Below are positions 11,409 through 20,639 of a stretch of 64,000 nt of DNA, piece by piece. The notes below the pieces were generated by a model. The model was not told the DNA's origin. It saw only the letters and a list, made by a program, of their open reading frames with translations, and did not search any database. The position numbers and the translations under genes are program-made. Location of the stretch: IMG/VR virus record IMGVR_UViG_3300045125_000071, positions 186,001-250,000 of that record. One strand, 5' to 3'. Position 1 is the first letter of the stretch; every line of letters begins with the position of its first letter.

Positions 11409-12358
11409 ATGTTATTTGTTTTTTTCGATTTTAATAATTTCGAAACCAAATTCTTTCATGTCAGAGCGGAGTTTTTTGAATCGAATCATACCATCTTCTA
11501 ATACCCTATCTTCATAAGACGATAATTGGTCCCCCCATGGATTCAATGGCATTGATTTTATGGTTTCTGTTCTTATGTTTTCCGCAGTTATTAACCGCCT
11601 CCAAATCCTACCATCCTCAAGAGAAAGTCCTTAAATACTGCCAACTCGTATTTGTTTTTAGTTTGGATTAATATAAACTGGTCAACATAGTCTTTATACT
11701 TTTCATTCAATTCTACAACCCTATCTTTCAGTTTTTGATTTTCTTCCTCTTTCTTCACCCTTTTCTCCTCTTCTTTTTTCTTCTGTTCTTCGGGTGTCGT
11801 TTTTTTGAAAAGATTCTTGAACATATTAGTTGGTTTTTTTAACTATTTCATTAATCTTGTTTTCAATATGGAATTCCAAAGCAGATTCCAAATGTTTGTT
11901 CACCCATTTGCTATCAAAGTAGAATCTTGCCATACCAAACTTCATTTTGATTTGATTTAACTCAAACCCTGGAATGGTTATCATATCTTGCATAACTCCA
12001 TCAAGATAGGTTGTTACCTCTGGAATGTCAAACTCCAATCCACCCCATCCATCAGGAATGTATTGTTTATACTTCTCGTTGAATTCGTCTGCTGTCATGA
12101 TTGATTGTTTTTACCAATTAAATGCTTTGCCTACAATGTATTTTACCATTTTACTGGGTTCTTTGTCTTTACTAAAGGGAATAAGAACACCCTCTATCGG
12201 TGCCATAAGTACAAAAACATAGAGCCAAAAGTAATTTTTAATTAACTTCTTCGATGCTAAACGAAACATAAAGATTGGAATTAAACAAGCCACTAAATAA
12301 AGAATGAAATATTTCATAGACATTTGTAATGACAATGTATTTTTTGGTTATATTGATA

Positions 12359-12389
12359 CAAATATAACATAATATAACACATAAACAAA
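12359..12389 (-). promoter_or_regulatory. Bacteroidota housekeeping-sigma promoter
   Basis: Minus strand reads TTTG-N19-TATATTTG, an exact match to the TTTG/TAnnTTTG consensus, just upstream of ORF 12111..12335. Confidence 0.75.
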
Positions 12390-12409
12390 AAAATATGGGT
12401 TAACCCATA

Positions 12410-12955
12410 TTATTTGTTTAGTTTTTCAATACATTCATCGATTTTATCCCGCAATCGACCGCCTTGCCCATTATCCCCATCGACATGGATATGCCGCCAT
12501 TTGGGGATTCTTGGTTTAAAATGTGTGAATTGATTACCAATGTTCAAGTCATCAATGGCAATCCAATTCCGTATCTTATTGTCTTTCACCCATTTGGCAA
12601 TCTGAGCAGCCCTCTCCCATTCCAATGGTGGTCGGCTCAATTTCATCCATAAGTCCATGTGGGTGGTGGTGTCAATCAAATGGTAACCTGGAATACCATA
12701 GTATTCAAAAATCCTCCTCATTTGAAGAAGACTATAGTGCATTCTCCAATCGGAACTTAATACCAGTTTGGCTTCGGTTTCATCAATAATCTTCCGAAGA
12801 GCGGCGCAATCCTCCTCAACCCATGGGTATGGTATTGTGAACATACTCGACCCTTGACTCAAAGACACACGACCCTTTCCCCATGTCAGCCATGCCAAGG
12901 GTCCGTCAATATCAATGAATATGATTTTTTGGGTTGATTGATTAATCGTTGCCAT
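12410..12955 (-). CDS. HAD-domain phosphatase (Swiss Army Knife RNA-repair type)
   Basis: IIFIDIDGPL, LVLSSDWR, WIAIDD. Confidence 0.75.
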   Translation of the reverse strand: MATINQSTQKIIFIDIDGPLAWLTWGKGRVSLSQGSSMFTIPYPWVEEDCAALRKIIDETEAKLVLSSDWRMHYSLLQMRRIFEYYGIPGYHLIDTTTHMDLWMKLSRPPLEWERAAQIAKWVKDNKIRNWIAIDDLNIGNQFTHFKPRIPKWRHIHVDGDNGQGGRLRDKIDECIEKLNK

Positions 12956-13224
12956 TAGGTTTTGCTTAACTTCTCAATGTGTTTCTTAATCCACTTGATT
13001 CTTGGTTTGATTTTATCTACTTTCCACCAATATCCTAAGAAAAAACACGAGCCCACCAAGGTTTGTTTCCATTTATGTACATTCTCAAATCACGTAATTC
13101 AGAATGTGTTATAATATTACTATAACATAAATTTAGAGACCATAAACACAAACCAAGTTCAAAATGTTTCTCGTTATCAAGCATAATCTGAAGCAACTCC
13201 TTGATGGGTCTATTCTGTTCCATG

Positions 13225-13749
13225 TTATTTGTTGTTTACGTAATCAACCAAATACTTCAAGTCATTGTAGACCTGGATGAGTCCAGCCCTATCATCCAAC
13301 AGAGCCGAAAAGAATGGTTTTGCTGATTCCCAACCCAAATTAATTCCCTTGGTATTAATACCATCGAATGGGATATTGTGTTCCTTTAAGAAGGCATCAA
13401 CATAATCCAATTCTTTATATGCTGTCCAACAAATCAACTTGCAACCGATTGCCTTCAAGTCACGGAGCAACTGACGAACTTGCTCGTAGGTTGCACCCGT
13501 CTTATGGTAGTCATGGACGGTTCCGTCAAAATCGAATCCAATTGTTAATGAACCATACTTTTTGTACTCAGCAACAAGTCTTTCGCAAGACTTGTTGTGT
13601 ATCAAAAACTCATCGGTATTGAGTGAATTGCTAACCAATTTTTCATACAACCATTTGAATGAAACATATTGGTCTTTGAAGCAACCAACCGAATTTGGAT
13701 TCTCAATTCTGAAATCCTCCCACAAATTCTCAAAATTTTTATTTAACAT
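13225..13749 (-). CDS. HAD-superfamily hydrolase
   Basis: TIGFDFDGTV, LICWTA, KPFFSALLDDRAG. Confidence 0.7.
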   Translation of the reverse strand: MLNKNFENLWEDFRIENPNSVGCFKDQYVSFKWLYEKLVSNSLNTDEFLIHNKSCERLVAEYKKYGSLTIGFDFDGTVHDYHKTGATYEQVRQLLRDLKAIGCKLICWTAYKELDYVDAFLKEHNIPFDGINTKGINLGWESAKPFFSALLDDRAGLIQVYNDLKYLVDYVNNK

Positions 13750-14530
13750 TTTCTTTCATTTTTGTTTTGATTTCTTCCAACGTTGCAAGGTAAGTAAATT
13801 GACCGTCCTTGTAGAGTGTTTTCAATTCGCTATTAACTTCATAACCCCATGAAACTCTGTCAACTAAAGGTAATCACCGTCATAGTTTTTGGTAACTTGT
13901 AACAAACCAGTCGCAGATTTCTTTGTTCCATCATCGGTAACAGGATTCTTGAAAATCTCACGACTTTCACCATTCACCTCGACATAGGTTGCTTTCATTG
14001 CAAAACCAAAAGTGTCGCGGGTATTGTACTGATATGTGAATGAACCAACACCAAATACAATGTTCGTGGATGCGAACCCTTTGGATGCAAAGTCGTTTGC
14101 AGATTTCCTCTGCCCTCTCAAGCGTAATAGAATCCCCATAAATGACTCCAATGTGCGGGTCCAATACTTTGTATCCTTGGTCATTTACGGTGCCACCAAA
14201 GACATCCCAAAGCAGTTCTACAACACCTTTGAAAGATGGGTGATTGGCATCGTAATCGTGGTACTCAAGAATCTCTGCGGTGTTGTATCCACAAACGATG
14301 TCAGCTGGGTTTCCGCTATCAGGACGAATAACCAATTTACCATCACGGGCGACAATTTTGTCTTTCAGAATCGGAAGATATTCAGTACACATCCTCCAAA
14401 TATCAAAAGTGTCGCTAACCATTGAGAAAATACCTGTTGGGAATTTGTCCAATAGTTCATTAATCCCATTCAATTCGTTGGTGACTTTCTTTTTGACGAC
14501 TCTCTTTCTTGTTTCGATAACGGTTTTCAT
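13739..14530 (-). CDS. nadV: Nampt/Namat-like enzyme, C-terminal half (separate gene; frameshifted)
   Basis: Own ATG at 14530 (MKTVIETRKRVVKKKVTNELNG). Then PTGIFSMVSDTFD, LVIRPDSG, VIYGDSIT, NIVFGVGS, TRDTFGFAMKAT, KKSATGLL. Confidence 0.85.
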
Positions 14531-14581
14531 GATTTTTTTGTTTTTAATGTCATTTGTGTAGGTAACAATATATTTATTGTT

Positions 14582-15319
14582 ATGAATCACAAACAAATAT
14601 ACCAAAATATTATTGACAAAGCAAAATCCCAAAACAGAAATAAAAAAGAATCATATTTTGAGAAACATCACATTATACCAAAAAGTGTTGGTGGTAACAA
14701 CTCAAAAGATAATTTAGTATTATTGACTGCTAAAGAACATTTTGTTTGTCATCGTCTATTATGTTTTATATATCCCGAATCCAAATCTCTTTATTTCGCA
14801 TTTTGGGCAATGTGTAATCAAGTAAAAGGTGATGTTAAACGTGATTACAGAATTAGTTCCAGGATTTATGAAAACGCAAAATTAAAATTTAAAGAAGTTA
14901 ATTCTTTGTTACATAAGGGTAAAAAACTTTCCGATGAACATATATCTAAAATCAGAGAAAGAATGTTATCTGACAAGAATCCAATGAAAAATCGGAAAGG
15001 TGAAAATAATCCTCTATATAAAAAAGAACGTAACTCAAACATTAAATCTAAAATTTCAAAAACCAAACTCTTAAACCCCACAAAAAATTGTAATTTCAAG
15101 GGGATTTACATTACTCCTTTAGGTGAATTTTTCACATCTACCCAAGCATCCGAAAAACATAATTTAGATAGGTCGGTAATAATTGAAAGATGTAAAGAAA
15201 AATCTAATAAAGTCATAACTAAAAAAAGTGTTTGTTTTTCAAAAGATTTAACATCTAACGACATTGGAAAAACATATAAAGAAATTGGTTGGTATTTTAT
15301 ACCTCAGTTTCCGAAATGA
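14582..15319 (+). mobile_element. Free-standing HNH homing endonuclease, T4 MobE-like, with NUMOD3-like tail; antisense to and inside nadV
   Basis: MNHKQIYQNIIDKAK...EKHHIIPKSVGGNNSKDNLVLLTAKEHFVCHRLL, then HKGKKLSDEHISKI and KGENNPLY. Confidence 0.88.
14594..14625 (-). promoter_or_regulatory. Consensus Bacteroidota promoter antisense within HNH gene, facing the Nampt C-half
   Basis: Minus strand TTTG-N20-TATATTTG, about 64 nt upstream of ATG 14530. Confidence 0.55.
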
Positions 15320-16121
15320 TATTTCCATTATCATCATAAACTACTTGAACTTTATACTCCTCTTCGATTTCAATTTCACTAAATTCAGTTATAGAGCACA
15401 TCACCGAATGTTCGGTTGCATTTACACTACCAACAATCGTCCCTTGTGCCCCATAGAATTTCCTTGCACCATGAATGACTGGGAGACTATCGGAGCCTGA
15501 GAATGAGATTGCGTGTCCAAGACCCGAACTAACACAAGCTTCGACAGAATCAAGTCCCCGCATGGAGAAGTCATGTGCTTGCCAATCGACAAACCATGAT
15601 TTTTCCTTGTCGGTTTTTTCTTGCCAACTTGTCAAAACCTTGCGATATTGGGCTGCGATGGTTGCGGAAGTCATTGGTTTCCAAAGCAGATTGGAAATGA
15701 TTGTTTCCAAGTAGTTGGTAATCCAATAAAAGTCTGGGTGCGTGTTGTAAATTGTCAACACAGGAACCTTGATGCCAACAATTTCACCTTCGGGAATGAT
15801 TTTGACATGAATGGGTAAATAACCCAAATCATGGAGTTTCTCGAAGTGTGAAACATCGTAATCTGTATTTAAGTACAAACTCAATTCTCTTTTCATTTCA
15901 CCACAAACCTCTTCCTTAGGTCTTGAGAAAAACTCTTTTTGGAATGCCTCATGAATTTGCATCATGACCATTTGTTGCCCGAATGAAACGACTTTATCGC
16001 AACCTTTCGGGGCGTGTTTATTGCTTCGGGGTGTGAAATTGGAGTACACCAGGGTTGTTCCTTGAGGGTACATCAAGTGGTGGCCTGTCTTATAGCCATC
16101 AGTTAAAAGCAACGGATTCAT
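15297..16121 (-). CDS. nadV: Nampt/Namat-like enzyme, N-terminal half
   Basis: LLLTDGYKTGH, VYSNFTPRS, HDFSMRG, ATEHSVMC, then a non-homologous acidic tail and a stop. Confidence 0.9.
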   Translation of the reverse strand: MNPLLLTDGYKTGHHLMYPQGTTLVYSNFTPRSNKHAPKGCDKVVSFGQQMVMMQIHEAFQKEFFSRPKEEVCGEMKRELSLYLNTDYDVSHFEKLHDLGYLPIHVKIIPEGEIVGIKVPVLTIYNTHPDFYWITNYLETIISNLLWKPMTSATIAAQYRKVLTSWQEKTDKEKSWFVDWQAHDFSMRGLDSVEACVSSGLGHAISFSGSDSLPVIHGARKFYGAQGTIVGSVNATEHSVMCSITEFSEIEIEEEYKVQVVYDDNGNIISETEV

Positions 16122-16158
16122 AATTCTTATTTTAATTGTGAGGTAAAGTTAATACATT

Positions 16159-16617
16159 TTATTGTTTGATACCCATATCAACAAATAAAACTTCAAAAGT
16201 TTCATAAACGGGTATGTTATAATACTGACAAACTATGTCAACATTCCCCTTTCTCCAAAATCCTTGTGGACAAACGACCCGAATCTTGCCAGAATGGGCG
16301 AATAATCCAAGTTCCAACAAGGATATTGGGGATTTGGTGTCAGGGGCGAAGTACATTATAATCAAGTCAGCGTTCTCCAAGGCATTTAATTCCCAGGTGA
16401 CTTGTTGAAAGAATTGCGGGTTCTCAAACTCTTGTGTCCAAGAGGAATCCCAATCGTCCCTTCTTGGGTTCAGAATGTCATATCCGCAATCACCCAAAAT
16501 GGTTTCAAGTTTTTTCTGCCAATCTTCGGCTTTACCCATTTCGATTGAGCCAGCAAGAAAGACTGACTTTCTGTCTCTGTCCCTCTTTGCAATATTCATT
16601 GGTGGTTTGTAAATCAT
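16159..16617 (-). CDS. Nucleoside 2-deoxyribosyltransferase-like protein
   Basis: VFLAGSI, LNPRR, QVTWE, SPISLLELG. Confidence 0.8.
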   Translation of the reverse strand: MIYKPPMNIAKRDRDRKSVFLAGSIEMGKAEDWQKKLETILGDCGYDILNPRRDDWDSSWTQEFENPQFFQQVTWELNALENADLIIMYFAPDTKSPISLLELGLFAHSGKIRVVCPQGFWRKGNVDIVCQYYNIPVYETFEVLFVDMGIKQ

Positions 16618-16784
16618 AGTTATTTAATTTGTTGTATAATTGTTCTATCGATTGGAAAAAGTTTTGCAATCCATCTTCGGTTTCAAAATAATAATACCCG
16701 CTTATTGTATGAAACTTTTTAACATTTATAAGATGAATGACATCGTAATATGCTGAAGTACCACTACTTAAAATGACCGAAACT

Positions 16785-17126
16785 TTAAACTCTTTCATAA
16801 TCTATGTATGTTATTTTAATTCCCTTCTTTGTTGCAAACTCAATCTCCTCTTTAACACCTCTTGATTTGTCCCAACCATCCATTTTGTATACAATCATTT
16901 CATCACATTTATCAAGAAGAGTTAAACAAAAGTTTTTCCAAGATTCCCAATCGGTTGGCATTGTTACATGACTCACCAAGGTATGGCCATATACAATTGG
17001 TGAGATGGCAACATCACCCATCGAACAAAGAAACCCAGCGAATTTGGCAACCTTTAAATAATTCTCCTCAACCACATTCGCATCTTCATGTGAATATGGT
17101 GATGATATAAAAATTAGTTTAGACAT
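16785..17126 (-). CDS. DUF1937-like (N-deoxyribosyltransferase fold) protein
   Basis: IFISSPYS, AISPI, CDEMIV, MDGWDKSRGVKEEI. Confidence 0.7.
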   Translation of the reverse strand: MSKLIFISSPYSHEDANVVEENYLKVAKFAGFLCSMGDVAISPIVYGHTLVSHVTMPTDWESWKNFCLTLLDKCDEMIVYKMDGWDKSRGVKEEIEFATKKGIKITYIDYERV

Positions 17127-17148
17127 AGATTATTTTCGTTTTAACACA

Positions 17149-17815
17149 TCAATAAAATTTCCTCAATATTTGAATTACGTCCCAAGCGTCTTCAAGTGCA
17201 TTGTGTGTAACAACACCATCAACATTCGCACGTTCTTTACATGTTGTTAGATTGGGTAATGATTTATCATTTTTCCAATCTGTCATTAAAATTGCTGGGT
17301 CCAAAATTCTTTGTCTTATTTTAATCAATTTTTCCACCAAGGAAGTTGTTCCAAAAACAATTTATCAAATGTCGCGAAGTTTTTTCCTGCAACATTTATT
17401 GTGATTGGAATAGTATCTTTATTAATTAGAGGGTGGGTTATACTGTTTACAACTTCAACATATCCACCACTATTCAGAATACCCTGATAATACCCATTAC
17501 CATGCAACCATTGATAAAATTTTTTAACGACCTCATCCTTTTCTAAAAACAGATAATCGGAATGTGTTTGGAGATTTTGTTTCGTTTCATCATCACCTTC
17601 AAGATATTCACCAATCATTGCGATGATATCTTTATTCATTGTAATTGCTCTCGGTGAACCAACAATCTCCCTTTGAAGTATTATGGTATTGAACTTTGGA
17701 CATTCATCATATGGTAATTTCTTTTCTGTGTCTTCTATAATTGCTCCCATTGAAAGAATACAGTTTTCTCTGGGTCTAAACCAGATGTCTCAATATCAAT
17801 ACTAATATACTTCAT
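17149..17815 (-). CDS. DnaQ/DEDDh 3'-5' exonuclease (frameshifted)
   Basis: MKYISIDIETSGLDP (manual translation), AGKNFATFD, HNALEDAWD. Confidence 0.78.
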
Positions 17816-17819
17816 TTTT

Positions 17820-17876
17820 TTATTCTTTATATTTCCAAATAAATCCACTACAAGTTTTTTTATAACTCCTACGTAG
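17820..17876 (-). pseudogene. Remnant C-terminus of a homing endonuclease (NUMOD1-like)
   Basis: Start-less frame LRRSYKKTCSGFIWKYKE*, similar to KAETAGGYKWKYK in the GIY-YIG gene. Confidence 0.5.
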
Positions 17877-17877
17877 A

Positions 17878-18313
17878 TTAAAACACATTTAATTGTTTAA
17901 CAAAACTGTGAATTGTTTTATGTTTTGAAAATGTGTCAACGATTGTACCATCCTGAATATCTTTGACACTATTTGTACAAAAGATACCATCGAGGTGTTG
18001 AACCAAGAAATCAAATCCGCACTGAATATTCCATGGGTTACAACCAAATAGACCTTACCACAATTTTTTGTTTTAATATTTTTGATAACTCAATAAACGT
18101 CCGACCCCCATCAATTACGTCATCGACTATTAAACAATCCATACCATTTAAATCATCTTTATATACTATCGTTTCAATGATGTTTCCAGTAGAGATATCC
18201 CTAAGTTTATCGCACCGTATTATTTCCCCATCATATCCGATAGATTTTGCCAAATCAAAAATTTTCTTATTTGACCCCGCGTCTGGACTGATTAAATAAA
18301 ACTTGTTATTCAT
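17878..18313 (-). CDS. prs: Prs/Adps-like pyrophosphokinase, C-terminal half (separate gene; frameshifted)
   Basis: Own ATG. LISPDAG, PRT motif LIVDDVIDGGRTF, then VYLVVTHGIFS in a shifted frame. Confidence 0.85.
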
Positions 18314-18323
18314 TTTTAGAGTT

Positions 18324-19109
18324 TTATATTTGTTTTTTACGTTCTAAAAATATTGTTGATTCATCATAAAGATAATCTAATATTTTGATTACTTCTCGTT
18401 TTCCACTATATTCTAAACAAAATATTTTATCTTCACTTATGTAACCGCCAACATTTAATCGATTATTTAAATGTTTTTTTAATTCAGCGCAAAATTGTTC
18501 AGTACCTCTAAATGTTAATTTTTGTTTGTGTGTTTGTGTATTATCATTTTTATTGGTGTTAAGATACAAAGATAATCCCCCATCACCATCAAAATAACCT
18601 CTAATAAAATGTTTTATCATATTATTGGGTATAAAATTAGGAATGTAATTTTAAATGTTTTGTTTTGAACACACCTAAAATTTTTAATCTTTTGGATATC
18701 TGTTACATTGTTAATGTCCAAATATTTTTGTTTATAATTTTCACCTCTTGACGTATCAACACCTAAAGGTCTATTAGATTCCAAAACATTTTTTATTTTA
18801 ATCAATATTTCTTCATCACTTTCTTTTAGTGATAAACGAATTGATTTTCTTTTTCATTATGATATCCATCAGCATATAAAAACCCCAAAACGTATGAACT
18901 ATTCTCATTTAATTCATCAAAAAAATTCTCATTGATTGTATAAATTCTCCTACTTTCAGAAAAGTTTTTTAATTTTCTCCTCTTCTTTTCAATAAATTTC
19001 TCACCGAAGTTCTATGTATCTTATATTTCAATGAAAGTTCATTTAAACCAATACCATTTCGATAGTCATCAATTAATGTTATTTTTTCTGTATCTGTTAA
19101 TTTTCCCAT
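18324..19109 (-). mobile_element. Free-standing double-motif LAGLIDADG homing endonuclease inside prs (frameshifted)
   Basis: ATG 19109 (MGKLTDTEK, HTH-like), YVLGFLYADG, HFIRGYFDGDG, FLERK. Confidence 0.82.
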
Positions 19110-19137
19110 ATTATTTAATTGTGATGTCTTTGTGGTA

Positions 19138-19605
19138 TTATTCTTTTACCACATCACTATTATAAATACTATCAATTGCAAATAAAACCAATTCATTGTT
19201 TTTAATTTCAACAAAATTATTTAAACAACACTCTAAACTAGATGAATGCGGGTCAAGTGTAATAACCTTAGAATAGTTTTGACTATTGATGATAGGACAA
19301 ATTACTTGTTTGAGATAATTCACACCGCCCTCAACAAACTTCCTATCACTTCGTGACCCCAAGAAATATGGAACATATAGTTCAATCTTTCTACTTGGTT
19401 GAATATTGCGAATCGCCTGGGTTGCACAAATGATAAGTTCAGGGTCACGGAAGGAATTGAGTCGGGATTCAATCCTTACAGGGTCGGTATATCTTTCAAT
19501 ACATGACCAATCCGTAAGGTCGATTGTTTGTTGACCATCAGGGAAGTTAGATATTTTAAATTCTACTTGAGAATTTTCAGGATATGCTAAAGAAAGGCTA
19601 CACAT
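19138..19605 (-). CDS. prs: Prs/Adps-like pyrophosphokinase, N-terminal half
   Basis: FPDGQ, LYVPYFLGSRSDR, VITLDPHS; stops in the inter-domain linker. Confidence 0.85.
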   Translation of the reverse strand: MCSLSLAYPENSQVEFKISNFPDGQQTIDLTDWSCIERYTDPVRIESRLNSFRDPELIICATQAIRNIQPSRKIELYVPYFLGSRSDRKFVEGGVNYLKQVICPIINSQNYSKVITLDPHSSSLECCLNNFVEIKNNELVLFAIDSIYNSDVVKE

Positions 19606-20394
19606 ATGATTGTTTTTTTATGAAATAAAGGTATATGTTAAACTAACAACACTTAAAATTTGTAATATAACCCAGATAATAAAAATTATTGAATAATTCA
19701 AATTATTCTGTTCATAATTAACTGAAGTGAGATGTTCCGCAAATTTCTCAATGAAAAAAACACCTACTATGGGCACCCACCAATACCATATCATTTTTCT
19801 CATACTATTGATGTTTGATTGTTTAAATAATTTCAATAGATTCTGTCACCCAATTTTTTCTTCCTTCACTTTTTTATAGTGTTTCCAAACTTTGGATGAT
19901 TTTTCATAATCTTCATAATCATTGAAAATTGTTATTAACATTTTTGAGAAAAGTTCGAATGTTTCTTCATCATACTCATAATCAGAATGAATAAATTTTT
20001 CATCGATATCTCTGGGTAATGAAAGTAACCCATTACTGACCACACCATAATCGGCAAAAACTTTTAGTAACACACCCACATGTGATATTTCTCCGAAAAA
20101 AACCATCGATGGGTCATCATCATCTGGTTTTAAATCGTTATTGTTAACTTTTAATAGCATTTTGATAGCTATTAATTTTGAAACTATATCACATTTATCC
20201 TTATCATCATTAATGCCTGGAAAATGATGTATACCAAGAATATTTGATTCATCAACCCAAAAAACAACACAAAACTTGTGCTCAATTTTTTTGGTATATA
20301 TAATGAACTTACCACCTTTATGGGCGTATTCACTATCAAAATCTTGACAAGCAATAATTTCACGAGTAACTTTCATATATAATTTTTTTAATGG

Positions 20395-20635
20395 TTAATC
20401 ACCACCACCACTGTCTCCACCTCCGCTATCACTCCCACTGTCACTACCCCAATCACCACCAGAACCACCACCACCAAAATCACCGCCACCGTAACTGAAG
20501 TTTGATGTCATATGTGTCGTTACATCATCATCAAAACTAAAAACACTAGTATTAAACATTGATGAGTCAGATGTTGAATAAACATTGCCATCTTGTTCAT
20601 CTTTTTTCTTTTCTTTTCTTATTCCAGGGCCACAT
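20395..20635 (-). CDS. Small Gly/Ser/Asp-rich protein (frameshifted)
   Basis: ...FSYGGGDFGGGGSGGDWGSDSGSDSGGGDSGGGD*, resembling the Gly-rich tails of TPM-domain proteins. Confidence 0.55.
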
Positions 20636-20639
20636 GATT

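Noticed and set aside
14531-15400. Group I intron or split intein in nadV
   Set aside because: The endonuclease is antisense and there is no non-coding room for a ribozyme core. The extensions total about 50 aa, lack HINT blocks, and have no HN-C/S/T junction (the sequence is VTN-E).
18314-19200. Intein in prs
   Set aside because: The LAGLIDADG ORF has its own ATG and stop, with no splicing-domain motifs on either side.
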